A DNA stretch of 62,022 nt, counting the filler, from Choristocarpus tenellus KU-1152 (lineage: Eukaryota; Protista; Phaeophyceae), in assembly GCA_964200185.2 (NCBI GenBank). It is 8 parts of 8 records of this genome, joined end to end, with 100 filler letters (N's around TTAATTAATTAA, not from the genome) between each part and the next. Parts side by side here need not be neighbours in the genome. Positions count along the whole stretch, not along the records: positions 36,905 to 51,311 come from CAXNAD020001200.1; 7 more parts are not named here. One strand, given 5' to 3'. This document shows positions 37,301 to 50,630 of this stretch, piece by piece. A program made the translations under genes and the position numbers. Numbering within the stretch: position 1 is the stretch's first letter; every line of letters starts with the position of its first letter. The notes under the pieces are model-generated. The model worked only from the letters and a program-made list of their open reading frames with translations. It ran no database searches and was not told the origin of the DNA.

Positions 37301-39532
37301 TGCTGATATTTGTGATTACTGATCCACAGAGAGGGACTGATTTGGTGGCAGGGTTCCCCCCCCCCCCCCCCCCCTTTTTTTTGAAGCCCACCCCCCCCCT
37401 TCTTCTTTTTTCTTCCTCTACCACCTTGTTTCCCCAGCAAGGAGTTCATTCGCATCGTTTACATACACACAAGCCTTGGGAAACAACAGCTCCTTCGACA
37501 GACTTAACTGGGGAAAAAATAAAAAGTGAGAGTGCACAGCAAGGTTGACATGCGTGCACCCTCGGCCTTCCCCTCCATTGCCGTGCTAACATGCCCCCTC
37601 CCTAACCAATTCAGGGGACCATGTCGTATCTTGTACGTGTGTGTGCGGTCCTGAAGGTTTTGGTTCCTAACGGAAGAGGTGGGGGGACCCAGTTGGACCT
37701 GGCACGGCTTGGTTGATGCCATCTACAAGCAAGATGTGTGTATGCAGGAGGGTATTGTCGCCTCAATACATGGTGCAGCATTCTAGTTGCCAGCTGACTT
37801 TTGACAGATTTCGACAGGGAGAGGGAAGAAAAATTATATGCATTTGTAGTGCTTGCAGTAGTAGTTAGTGTACATACAAATTTAGAAGAACAATGATAAG
37901 AGAAACGCAAAATACCAGACAAACAACAAAATCTCAGGACTCTACTCGGCTCCACTTTCACCGTTCGGTCGGTTCCTGACCGCGAACTTTTGTCCAATCA
38001 TATGTAATGGTGTATGTAACTGTCAGATGTGTTGAGACAGTCATGAAGACCGCCGTTATCTTCGCCACGGTAAGAAACGGTTGTAGAGGGAATTTCGATA
38101 GTACGGTTCAGTTTTGTGAAAACATGTAAATGTACGAGAAAATATTTACAGTACACTATTTAGAGTTGTAGGTTTCTACTGGTTTGAGGAATATTCAGGT
38201 CTACGAGTGGAGTTCTGTTTCTGACAGAACAGTTACGGTAGTTGTTTTGTGTTGACGGTACGATCCTCTTTGGATTTTGACAGTACGGTCACAGTCATAC
38301 CTATTTCGGTTGTTACCCTGTTGTTTCATTTTTCCAATATACTACTAATTATATTATTACCATTTTAATAGATACAGCTTCTCAGAAGCAATGCTGTGGT
38401 GGAGTATAACAGACGTAATTGTGATCAGACGCCCCCTATCCCCCGCCCCTTTCACTAAAACTGTAGATGAAGAACACTTGGCATTTTCTCCAAGCAAGCT
38501 TTTGATTTGTGTCTAACATGACTGTTGCCCAGTCAGCCAGCCTTGACAAAGCCATTTCACAGTGCAAAAAATAGTAATAGTAGTGCTCTACTTCACGCCA
38601 CTGTGCCAAAAGAACCCATGCAAATGCTGGGAGGGTGACACATACACAAACGCTCTGCTTTGCTCAGTGCTTGTATGTATGCTGGGAGGGTGAACCCAAA
38701 AGAAAATTAAAATTTGCTCTAATTCCCCTGCTTCGTGCTTATCGCAACAAAAACCTTATTATCTACCCAATAATAGCAATCAATTGATGGTGTGACAGTT
38801 CAGCTATTACAAGAATCCAATCGCCATATACTGGTGCTCTTCTAGTAGTATGCAACAGAGTAGAATATTAGCATTCCTCTCTGTTCTAACAATCAACCAA
38901 TTGTTAGTCCCTAGATTATCCATAATGGTAACATAACATCCTTGCTACGCATCTACTTACTCTGTTCAAGAAAGAACAACACACTAAAAAAAATCTAACT
39001 CGATACTAACGTAGCTTAACCAAGTATATATTCCTTCTGACACCTAACAATTCTACAATGCATGAAGATCAACTACTCTTCAGGAGCAAGAGAAAGTTTC
39101 ACATGGAAATTATCCCTACCCAACAGAGGGACTTGAACAATACAAAATAGAAATCATATATACGAATGACATTCATATGCACTATAGCAAAATGCTGCAA
39201 GAGGTCTGGGAGTGAAACGTAGAGATTACTCCTCTCTACAAAACAAAAAAAAGGTAAATAACAAAAGAAAAAGACGTAACATGACAAGGTTAATGAGAGG
39301 CAAAATTCTTGGCAATAAATAAGAGCCCTTAGAACCAGCACCCCTCTCACAATACGCATGTCATGCACGCATGTGCTGATGTGCATGATTCTTACCAAGG
39401 ACAAAAAAATGCCTGCATCTGTTACATGTACATCTCGATAATACAGCATCAAGGTAACCATACATCCATCCCCACCACCATCTTTGTCTTGTTCCAGATG
39501 GCGGGTAAGGCACAATGAATATAGCCTCCATA

Positions 39533-40672
39533 TTATGCTCGAGCTGAACCCCAAAACCACCCCCCTCGCCCTCCTTTCACTGCCATCTCCGGTGCATCCC
39601 TCCTTGAGACTGCAGAGGGAGAACCAGCTACCCTTCCGGCCATTACATTCCCCCTCTCCCACTTAAGCCACAACGGAGTCAACGAAGACGAATCACTCCA
39701 TTCTGCAGACGCAGCTCGAGTCTTTGTAACTCCACAATCCCCTCCCTCTAGAAATGTTGGAGTCAGTGATGACCCTCCCCATGTGCCATAGTGGCTTCTC
39801 CTCGCTGCACAAACTGAAGGGCATTCCCTAACCTCCCCTCCTTCCCCCCCACAGTTACCTCCTTTGCTTGGCAGCTGACACAAATTGCTCACATTTTCCT
39901 CTCCTTCCATCATGTGTCCAAGGGATGCAGCAGGAGTCACAGTGGTGGCCTGCCCACAACCCCATTTCCATGTCCTTACTTCACCCATAGCAGTCAAGCC
40001 CACTTTCTCTGGAGCTATATGCCCATTCAACCCTCCCTCTCTCTCCCATTGACTGTAGTCACTTGTGCCATCATTGATGCAGGCATCACTGTGCCACCCA
40101 CTCCCAGGCATACAATCAGAGCTCATCTCATTTGTCTGGACACCTACACAGCTTCTGCTTCCACAAGCACATCCATTGCACAAATACTCGCTGCCTACCA
40201 GGCCCCGATACCACCGTCGCTGTTGCAGTGGTTCACTTGAATATACCCTCCTCAATTCTGTTGGCACCGAATGACTCTCTTTTGGCCAGCGCCACTCCTT
40301 ACGAGTGTAGGAAGAAGAATCATCAGAAGTAGCAATGGGACATGGTTGCAAAAGGAGAGACTGGGGGGCATGTGGTATGGTTGTCATAACATGCATTGAA
40401 GGGGGCTTGGGGGCGGTGTAAGTGGGGGTTGGAGCAACGGCATGGGTGGTTCTTTTTTTAGTGCTGTGGTGGTGATCAAATGTGTGCATGGGATTGTGAC
40501 CAGGGACTGCTGCAGGGGAAGGTAGGTGAGCTGTGGGAAGGGGGTCCAGATTCTGGAGTTGAGAGGTGGGCATGGGGATTGAGGCTGTAGGGGTCGGGGA
40601 TTCAAGTGTCTCATTCTTGATGGTATCTGTCCCCCAGATGTCCACCACCGCCCGTAGAGATGACATGGACCC
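39533..40672 (-). CDS. Terminal exon of J-domain gene
   Basis: CAG acceptor after a pyrimidine tract, phase 0, open to TAA at 39533. Confidence 0.8.
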   Translation of the reverse strand, partial: GSMSSLRAVVDIWGTDTIKNETLESPTPTASIPMPTSQLQNLDPLPTAHLPSPAAVPGHNPMHTFDHHHSTKKRTTHAVAPTPTYTAPKPPSMHVMTTIPHAPQSLLLQPCPIATSDDSSSYTRKEWRWPKESHSVPTELRRVYSSEPLQQRRWYRGLVGSEYLCNGCACGSRSCVGVQTNEMSSDCMPGSGWHSDACINDGTSDYSQWEREGGLNGHIAPEKVGLTAMGEVRTWKWGCGQATTVTPAASLGHMMEGEENVSNLCQLPSKGGNCGGEGGEVRECPSVCAARRSHYGTWGGSSLTPTFLEGGDCGVTKTRAASAEWSDSSSLTPLWLKWERGNVMAGRVAGSPSAVSRRDAPEMAVKGGRGGWFWGSARA

Positions 40673-41111
40673 CTGTCCAAGATAGTATGGTAGGGGTTTA
40701 GGGGGGAATGCAGGCAAGTTTAGAGAGGGGCAGGAGGGGCATGTTGAAGGGGAGGAAGGAAAGTAGTAAGGGTTGGCAAAGAGGACAAGGCTACTAATCC
40801 CAGAGGTGAAGGTGAAGAGGGTCAATCTAGCAAATCGGGAGAAGTGGAGTATAATGTGCAGGAATTATACTGTTGCTCATGGCTTACAGTGAGGGGCTAC
40901 TATACTTCTGCTTCAATACGAACATTCCAAGAAAATGACCAGAATGAAAGGGGAATGGGAGAGACAGGGTTTGGGGGTGGGAACAAGAGAGGCAGGTAGC
41001 AGTCCGCAGACAGAGATCCTAGTCACTCGCCCACAAGCACACAGTTCACTTTCGAACAAAGTTCAGGGTCAAGGAAGGATCATCGAGTATTTAGGGGGAT
41101 GGTTTCCTTAC

Positions 41112-43030
41112 CTGATTACCAATCAACATTGTAGATTGATGGCATCCCCTGTCCTGACTTTTTAGACGCCAAACACACCCCTCCCCAAAGTCCATTGCAA
41201 TAACATTCTTGTCAGTACCTCCAAAAGTATGGGTTTTGCTGCTCCCATTGTATGTAATTGGGGTGTGGGGCCACCATTGGTTGGCGTGCCCAGTCTCTAC
41301 ACTACCAGCCCTTGTGTCTCTGCTGCTTGATGTGGACAACTGTGGAAATCCTTGACTAACTCCCACAGCACAAGGTGCTCCAGATCCTATCGTCCCCTTC
41401 AATGCCCCTCGCCCTACATTCACCTCGCCATCAATCACAATATCATCTCTTGGAAGGGACGACGCTGCACCGCAGTTAGACCTTCGATAAAGATTTGCAG
41501 GCGACAGACCATTCGCATCATCCTCTTCACCCACACTTGTTCCATCTTCTCCAAGATCTGCCCTGGTGCTGCTGGGACTCATTGAGCGTGTACACTGCTT
41601 CACTGAGGCTTGGACGTTGCGCAATGTCCCACACCTTCTTCTTCCCATAGAATTTGCCTTCCTTTGCTGAAACGATGCTAATTCTGTCTTAGATTTTACT
41701 GCTCGGGCATCTCCTCGCAGCCCCTCCTGCAAACTGATTCTTGTGCCATTGGCTTGGTCTGGGTATTTCCCTTTACCCGCTTCCCTCTCACTCTTCTCCT
41801 CCTCCTTGTCTCGGTGCTTTTCTACACCCCTCTGCCCTCTACTTTGTTCAGCATGCCCTGGAGCATTTCTTTCCTGACCACTCTTAATCGCTGGAGGTGC
41901 AGTTGAATTAAAATTTGACCAAAACTTGACATGTGAATGCCCATCCCCCACCCGTATCTGTGTTCCCCCAAACAAACCAGCACCAGAATATACAGACTCG
42001 TGAATGGCTGGGCCCTGACTTCCAGTACCTGTAAACACACTAAGGCTAGACATGGAAAGGCAATAACCAGAGCCTTCATCATCAGCCGAAATGGAGACAG
42101 ATGGGTTCGCAGGGGAACCCGCTGTAGCAACAGAAGAGATGCAATAATCAGAGTCTGTGTGGAGGAGGTAAGCATCCCTCAAGGTTGTGGCCATCACAGT
42201 CTTACAAGATTGACTCCTTCGCACCCCGAGTTTCCTTTCCATCTCCCTAAGACGTGCAGTGGTGACCACCCGAAGTCTTGCCCTCTGCGGTGGTGGAGGC
42301 ATTGGAGGTGGGGCAGACAAGGGCGGTGTTGTGGCCATGCTCGCCTCCCCTCCACCACCTCCTTCTCCATGTACCCTTATGCTCCCTCCTGTGTTCTTCC
42401 ATGGTGAAGGCGCCTCAAACCCTCCTCCACCATCCCCTTCCACGTCTTCACTATCATGTTCTTGTAGCAGTGAGATGGTGGTTGACGGCATGTCACCTTC
42501 TGCGATGTTTGCCGATTGCAACCCACCCTGAACCTTGAGCCCCGCCAAATCACGGAAACAGGTGTGCCCTTCATCTTCAGATTTTTGTTCGCCAGTCTCA
42601 ATCGTTGAAATTGGTCTTTCATCACCTTGGGCTCCTCTCTGCAATGAACATATCTGCTGACAGGGTACTGGAAGATCTCGAGTCCTACTGTTCCCACATG
42701 ACTCCTGAGACAAGCACTTACCCTCTTCCACAGGCTGACACCCTCTACCCCCCTGCCCCCTCTTCAGACCCTGTCCTTTCGCCTCCTCCTTGCTCTGAGT
42801 CTGAGTCTGGCTCATCTGGTCACTGTTGTGACTTTCCACCCCCTTGTCTGCAGGTTGACCCTGCTCTCTCCAGCTGGCCTGGTGCTGTGGTCGGAATGGC
42901 CATCGGAAGGCGCTATACTTGGAGGATGGGGTTGGCCTGTAGGTATCTTGCGCTTTTGGGTCAGAGAGGACTTCATAGGCAGCCTGGATCACATTGAAGA
43001 GGGGTCCAGAGTCCAGGCCAAGGGTCTTAT
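41112..43030 (-). CDS. J-domain C-terminal half plus long low-complexity region
   Basis: CAG|(D)KTLGLDSGPLFNVIQAAYEVLSDPKAQDTY; donor GTAAGG; about 640 open codons. Confidence 0.9.
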
Positions 43031-43773
43031 CTGTTAAGTCACATGAGTCAGGGTGGAGGGTTTGGTAGGTTTGGGGATTGAGTGCACTTGGTAACTACCA
43101 TATTGATGCAGTGTAGTATGCCTGTGGTGTACTGATCGATTCATCTCCCTCTCTCAATATACACATGTAGTTGCCTCCTGCATCAAACCTTGCTTTTTCT
43201 TTCCAGACATGGTGGCCAAGGTTGAACTTGCATGTGGCAGATCAAGTTGTACATTGTTTGCTTTAGTGAAAAGGTATAATACCTAAGGTAATGTGTAACT
43301 CCTGTAGTTTTGATCCAGTACAGATGTATGTTATATACCTCAAACGCCATGCATCTTCAGTACAGCATTTCCTGCAGGCTTACTTTGTTCTATGTCTCCC
43401 CAAGGACTATAGCAACATTAAAAAAAAGTGCAAGAGTATCCAACATATGCAACACTTGTTGCAGCATGTACATCTAACTCCTACTTTATTTGGAGTGGCT
43501 TGTAGTAGGCATGTGATCCTACAAAGTTCAATCATACAGTATTTGTAAACCAGAGGAGAGGATGTTGGTCAAGATGAAAAGTCGCATACTCCAAGAAATA
43601 TCAAGAGATATTGAACACTAGGAAAAGAGAGACACTTACGATCAGAATATCCTCTTACACCCAATTTACTTTGAAGTACTCAAAATGATATACACCACGA
43701 ATATCTTGCAGCCACTCAATCCCTAGTATCATTTTGGCATGCATTTTCTCTCTCGACATTCTGGAAAACCAAC

Positions 43774-43912
43774 CTGGATGAAAATGAAGCACCAAATCAA
43801 AATAGCTCTTCCTAACTGCCTTGATGGTGCACGCTTTTCCAGGCGCAATTCGCAATGCTGCATAATGATTTCCTTCGAGGAAACTGAGGTGGCACTCAAG
43901 CTCTTCATTAAC
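43774..43912 (-). CDS. J-domain N-terminal exon (DnaJ/Hsp40 class C protein)
   Basis: NHYAALRI...IKAVRKSYFDLVLHFHP. The phase-1 intron gives G|AT = Asp, completing HPD. Confidence 0.92.
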
Positions 43913-44282
43913 CTAGAGGGGGATGGACAAATGGATTTCAGTCAGGGCAGGGTGTACCTACAGTAATACGAAGCATGAAGGAGATAAAAAAAATCTCCTT
44001 CCAGGTCAAGAATAGGTAAGAGAAAAAATTATCCTTTTGTGCAGGTTTTGAATAAGCTCTTCACCCCACAATGGGCAAGTGCAAGAAGATATTTTGTCCA
44101 GGTAACTCCAGTAGGAATGAGGTATTGAATATGAGGAAAAGGAGAAGAAATGGACAGGGTAGAGAAGGTGGTGAAAAACTGGTAAGGTGAAGAACAAAAG
44201 AAATGAAGCAGGATAGCAGAGAAAGATTAAGAATCAATTGTGGCTAGTATAAATAAAGGAGAAGGCATTGACAACATTAAAA

Positions 44283-44311
44283 GGGTTAGGGTTAGGGTTA
44301 GGGTTAGGGTT
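44283..44311 (+). repeat. Interstitial telomeric repeat (TTAGGG)4-5
   Basis: GGGTTAGGGTTAGGGTTAGGGTTAGGGTT. Confidence 0.95.
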
Positions 44312-44810
44312 GTAAACGTCGATACATTGATCGCAATCCCCCGTAAGGATAATGTGTAGAGAGTGGCAAAGTATAACAGCGAGTCAAGGAGGTACGCATC
44401 TTAGAAATTATTTTTCGTTTTGTCATCCTGCTGAATAACTTGAGCCTTCAAATAAAATGAGGCATTCACCTATTCTCATGCCTACCAAATACTTTCTTGT
44501 GGTTAGTGTGTGTACACTGTGCATTTTAGGGATTGAACGATCTTGACAGCTTCACTCCGTAGACCTTTTAGCAGTGGGTACTTATTGTATGACTTCCCAC
44601 CTGCGGGATAACTTCTAGGGAAGGGATCAAAGCTCAAAAGTATACGTCTTTACTAAATAAGTCCCAAATAAACAAAAGCACACCCTGCAGAATGGGCATG
44701 GCATTTAGACAGTGACCACGAGAACAGCAATTCTATCAGGAACACGAGAAAGCTCGACGGAATTACAGGATGATGAGATATCGATTTTCAGAGACATAGC
44801 TTTATCCCAC

Positions 44811-45611
44811 CTTTTTCATGAGCTCATTGACGACCCATGCAGCACCCCTGCCATTGGACTTGTGCTTACTCTTTTCAGCATTTGTCTGTTGCGAACCATG
44901 AGATTGTGAGGTGCCCAATTCAACGGCTAGACCCTTCAAGAGCGATCTGCTTGTTATCCAGGGATATGTAAAATTGGTCGATGAACCAAATACGTGCATT
45001 TGATTTCAAGGCATGCAAAAACATGCATCTGATGTCAGGGTGTGCTAAGTACTGTAAGGCAGACTAGCCATCGGGTAGACAAATATCCTACATTGCTGTT
45101 TCGATAACGTTTCCAGTCCAGGCATCCCTTCGAAATGCCTGACCTCGAAAGGAAATCACTTCGCACACAAGATAACGTGGAGGACTCGAGAAGATTGGGC
45201 GGTCTGTATAGCAGGTCAGGTGTGCATGATTCCATTTCAGTGGCATATCTCTGAGAATATACGATACTAAGATATTTTAAGGGAACAAACCATAAAGGTG
45301 ATCGACTGGAGAGGCCTCAAGTAAAGTACAGTGAATCAGGATCCTCCTTACGCGGTCCTTGATTTGTGCGTCTACAGCATTATTTATTACCCATCAAGCA
45401 ACGCTACACCTGAGGCACTCCGGTTGACATCAATCATTTCCCGCACCAGCATATCACACCTTGCTCGTAGGTACTCGAGGACAGCCTCGTGCCACCTGCC
45501 TTTCACAGATAGATTATTGGCGAGTTCCCACAGAGCAGAAACCTGTCTAACTGGATCCTGTTCTGGAAGCGACATTGCCACAGTCGATTTTTTAACGCCT
45601 AACCCTCTCAT
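44811..45611 (-). CDS. Possible 5' exons of the J-domain gene (TPR-like helix)
   Basis: ATG at 45611, WELANNLSVKGRWHEAVLEYLRA; AG/GT-bounded exon 44946-44811. Linkage to the J exons is unproven. Confidence 0.35.
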
Positions 45612-45699
45612 CTAGTTCACAGAGAGTGCGCATCTACAGAGATAAGGCGATGTTACATTCCACCACCCACTTTCTCCCTCATCAACCTTAATCTTGATT

Positions 45700-46489
45700 C
45701 GGAAAAACCAAATTTCAACAGTAATCTCGAAACTCAACAGTCATACAAGCCTCAACGTTTCAATGGTGGAATTTGGCATCAAATATACTATAATACAAAC
45801 CAAACTTTTAAAGTTCTTTCGTCAAAGAGTTCCGATTTATTTGATTCACTTTACAAGTAAAAACGAAAAGAGATGATTATATCATATTTGTAGATTTGAA
45901 AATCGCATCTATGATATTATATTGTTTTGTTGGAAAACTTTGAACAGTCACATCAATGTCTATTATAGTTCGATATTTCACCACCAACATTTTGCTTTTG
46001 TTTTCATTGATAGAAAAGTCTGGTAATCCAATATTTGTAATCCTACTCCGAATAGGTAAGAAAAAAGCTAACACTACCCACATCAATCGAAGGGTTCAAA
46101 AGATCGAGTTTGTTCCAAAGAAAGTACAGACGAGCTGTACCAGAGAGACAGAGGTGTAATAGTTCAGCTATGAAGATTCGAATGGTCAAGCCGTCAGTAC
46201 TTAACACCCACCTTGATGGTTTGGTGTAAGGGAAAAAATGGTGCATTATTCCCGCCATCCTCTTTAAATCTGTATCTCGTCCTAAACACATGTTTTTTAA
46301 ATCGTGGAAAATAAGGATTAGAACCAGTGATGGTTGCACCTTCATGAGCAAATTTGGGTCTGCATTATTTCCATACAGGATTTCAAGCTTTCTACCAAAC
46401 ACATAATATCCAAACATTTCCCAAATATAATTTGAAGAACAAGGACCATGTACTTGATGTCGTGTTACATCGTTCTGTGACATAAACAC
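45700..46489 (-). pseudogene. Degenerate hAT transposase relic
   Basis: LYGNNADPNL, DTDLKRM...PYTKPSRWVLST, LFVFTCKVNQIN (cf. CxAHxLN). Confidence 0.5.
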
Positions 46490-48963
46490 TCTCCCATTCC
46501 ACCATACGAAACTCTCCTCTCTCCATCACATTTTCTCCTACCCTGCATCAGATTTCAAACTGGAAGACTTACCACACACTGTGCTATGAAGGAGGTGGTC
46601 CTTGTGAAGAATGGGTGTGACAATCTGGAGAAATTGTGTGAAAACGGAGAGTCGTCTTCCTGTTTGCAGGGTTGGTTGGTTGCACGGATGGGTTATGAGT
46701 GACTTCTAAAAAATGTTAAGAAGGTAGCAGGTAGGAAACGTAGGAAGGTGGCCTGGAAAAAAAGTAACTGTTTGGATGTACCTGTAAGACGATTTTGAGA
46801 CGTTTCCTGAATACTGCTTTATTAGTGTGTCCTATTTTGTGGGGTAATCAATCTTGAGTCCCTCTTGATTGATTGATTATCTCACGTTAGTTCGATGCAT
46901 GATGGAATGGTGCTCAAACGTTTGTCAGGTGTTGTTGTAGAGAAAAGGCAGTATATAACCTTCTCTAGTTGTGGGTCAGAATGGTAATACAAAAAAGAGG
47001 AGAAAAAGAAAGGAAACGGTAGTATGGTTCTTGTTTTGTACTAGGAATTAGAAGCAGTGTGTGTACTACCTCTGTCCATGGGTTGGGATAGTCCCCAAAC
47101 TAAAGGGAGGGAGATATTTATAATAGAAGTAGTTGTGGGCAATGGCCATTGAGCGATTTATGGCGCAACAATGATGTTACCTATCCAATTATCTACTTTT
47201 AGGTATCTCCTACCTGCCTACCTACTCATCCATGAAATACTATGTACGTAAGCATCCATTGTGATTTCTTCAGGGGGTCCATGAAATTGGAGTCTACGAA
47301 GTGCACGCAAAAATGCAAACGGGGGCAATCCATCCCACCCCTAAAAAGGGGGTCCTCGCACAATTTAAAGCTCTCGTCTCCCTTCGCAATATTACTACAA
47401 TATTGTATCTATCTGTCGGAATACAACAAAGTAGGAAACCTAAAACAAGGTGGAAACTCTTCATTGCTTAGCGACACCCAACTCCGGTCCAGAACGAAGT
47501 TAGAGGGAGGAGGGACACACAAATGAGCGGTGGGACGACTACACCCAACCCGGGAAAAGCAAGGCATGAACCGCAGCAGTGCAATTATAGTTACAGTGCA
47601 ACAATATTTAGTTGCAGTAGGCAGTATGACAAGCCGAGCAACGTATGGTGCCTTCAAAGGGCTAGAATATGTTCCCTGGGTAGTGTGACAAAAAAGTGCG
47701 AAGAGTTACTAGTAGTTTTCGATAGACACGAAGCATTGGATATTTGTAACTAACATGAAAAATGTGGTATTACTCTAAACACCCTTATTAAACTCATTGA
47801 GAAAATGTTTAAAATTGAAAGATTGGAAGCAGTTTATTTGAGTGTTAAATTCCCCCAGAGAGGTTTCCCTGTTCAGGCTGAACTTATAGGAAATAGGATA
47901 ATTGCTCTTGCAGAGAAAGAAGATATGAGGTACCTCCCCCCCCTCCCTTCTACCTTTAGTCTGAAAATGTTTTGCTGAACATTATCGAGATAATGGTTAG
48001 GACAGAAGGTGGTTTGTTTGATCCCATGGCATTTTGCAGGGTTCTGCCCTGTGATGCTTTCACGACTTAGTTTATAGTTCTTTACTGACCACTTTCAAGT
48101 TCAAAGTAAGTCAAATCCCACAGTTATTCATACATATTTTAACTAGGCCATTTGGTTCTGCACAGGCAGACATAGTCCCCCCCCAGCATAGCGCACCCGT
48201 CCTACTCAGGCAGAGAGAGGCCCTCCTTCCGCTTTTCGTTATGACTATTATGGGAAAGAGATATCACAACACCTTGCCGTCTATCGAATATATTCCTCCA
48301 AATGTATTGGAGATCATTAGTAGTAGTATGTAGTATCAGAATGCAACAATGATTGGTTGGGCTACCCAGAACTGTTCTTGTAAATGAACGATGAGCGGAA
48401 GTATAGGAATCGATTCTATTATGACAAAGTTCTTCGAGGTTGATAATTGCCTCTCTTTTAGGATTAATTACTCTACAACATTTTACAACATTCCTGTTAT
48501 CACTCTTATCGAAATACGACTCAGGGAATACTTGAACAGGTGTCGCGTGATTTAGGGCACGACATTGACCACACCTTTATACATTTTAGGGGGTGTCATA
48601 TCGCACTACTGCACCACGTAGGGTATAAATCGTACAACCAAGAACATTATTAGCAACGCTTCAAACCATATATATGCCTAAGGCCATCTCCTATTATTAT
48701 TCGCACGTTTTCACCCACGTTTTGTTGTGCTTTTTGATATTTTGGACAATTTCCAAACGGAAATCGTGACGAATGCCAATTATATGGCAATTATTTGTGA
48801 AAGCTGAACGAGGGAAATCTGGATGGAGGGATGATGAGACTATTCGCGACCAATTTTCAAGGCAAATCTGAACGCAATTCTTCGTGTTTCGATTTGCCCC
48901 CTGTTGTTCGTAGCAATGTACTTGGGGCTACAGAGTTATTACGTGTAGCACATCTAGTTCAAC

Positions 48964-50630
48964 ATGGACAAAATGGATGAGAGAGTGAGAGAGACCGAAT
49001 CTCATCATCCTCAGGTTCATCATCCTTGAGATCATCGTCTTCCAGTTCGTTGCCTTCTAGTTTATCGTCTTTCGATTAATCTACCTGTAGGTTGGAGGCG
49101 AGATCTAGACAGATGAAAAACGCAACTGGGATATTGATCACCTACGCTTTGGTGGACGAGGAGGATGAGGAAGAAGAACATCCATTATTTCACAGGTTTC
49201 GCATCCCCCGAGATAGGCCCGGTTACAGGGCGAGCTCATGAGGGGTTATGCTGGGGAGAGAGGAAGCTCTGAGAGGCGTCACTTCGCGGGAGGCGCTGAA
49301 GTTCAGGAGGTGGTTCCGAGTCCCATTTGTTTTCTTTGAGTACTTGGTGAAGGAGGTACAAAGGCAGGGATGACTTGGTTGTGGAACCGCAGATGCCACT
49401 GAACGCCCTGGTATACCCGTGAAGCTGAAGGTGAGCATACCCGCCAATAGAGGGTGTGTGAAAGGTATATCTCGATAGGGCTCATAGATTCAACCAGCCT
49501 TTGGTCTGACAATACTGGATGTGACTTGCCGCCTGCAGGTGCTATCAGTTCTCCAAATCCTCGCCACGTGAAACTGCTTTGATGTTATCGAGCAACTCTC
49601 CAGTATATCTGAGATCACAGCAAAAACCACGTTTCACTGCTTCTGTGAATGTTTTGCGCGTGATATGTACTCTAAGTGGATCTATCTACCAGAGGGCGAA
49701 GATTTTGGGGTGGTCATGCGCACGTATAGAGCTATGGGGTTTCCTGGTGCTGTGGGTTCCACTGATGTGACGCCTGAGCGGTAGGAGAGGGCGCCCATTA
49801 GTGATGCCTCGTATTACATTGGTAATGAGGGTTACGCGACAGTCGCCTATGAAGTGGCCGTTGACCATACTGGTTTTGCATGGGGAGTGACTGCTGGGTT
49901 TCCTGGAGCCAAAAACGATAAGACAATCATTCGATATGATGGTGCTATCCAGAAACTTCGGAATGACCCCATATACAGACAGCCGGAGTACAACATCAAG
50001 GACTCCGTCAGGAATCATTACACCTAGAAAGGGGCCTATGTCCTTGTCGATGGGGGCTACGACAAGGTGACGTGAAAAATGTGAGTGTAGGGTCATGCCT
50101 ATGTTAGGGTTAGCTTCTGTAAAAATGAGTGCTCATGAAACTAGCAACTCAACATTCCTTTGCCCAACCCGATCTGTGCATTTGCAGTGGAGGTGCACAA
50201 TATGCCCCCTGAAGGCATCTGTCGCACAGGCACAGGCAAGGTGGAGCGAACGAGTGGAGAGTGTACGCAAGGGTGTCGAGTGCTTTTTTGGCAGAGTCAA
50301 GGGCCACTTCAGAATCCCCAAGCTGACACTACTATATTCGCACAGGAATAAGATAATATACTTTTTACTTGCTGCGTATTGTAAAACATGCTTCATTCAT
50401 ATGATGGCCTTGGAGAGTTGGAGGGCAACACTGATTGGACAGGGGATGCTGGTCTGCATGATGCCTTCTACAGTGACCCTTGCGCTGATTTCACACGGAT
50501 GGGCATGCCAAGAGACCAGGGGGGAGGGGGGTCTGAAGAGTATGTGGAGAGGGGGATGGGATTTGATGAGCTTATGGATAAGCTCATAGCACACTACAAG
50601 TACAATGAAGAAAACAAAGAGGTTGTTTAG
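48964..50630 (+). pseudogene. PIF/Harbinger transposase pseudogene with two introns
   Basis: FRRWFRVP, GFPGAVGSTDVT, GFPGAKNDKT, VDGGY, ESVRKGVECFFGRVKGHFRI; GT-AG introns at 49431-49538 and 50067-50187; several stops and frameshifts. Confidence 0.92.

Noticed and set aside
44600-45400. TAA/TAG read-through (alternative genetic code) in putative exons
   Set aside because: More than 1,700 codons of Kelch and J-domain exons contain no in-frame TAA/TAG and use CAA/CAG for Gln. Uncertain exon boundaries or decay explain the stops.
46043-46489. Fanzor/TnpB (STDG...SIDVG) or WRN-type exonuclease
   Set aside because: No RuvC-II Glu region, zinc finger or RD.N motif was found downstream, and exonuclease motif spacing does not fit. 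PYTKPSR and the CxxH-like motif fit hAT better.
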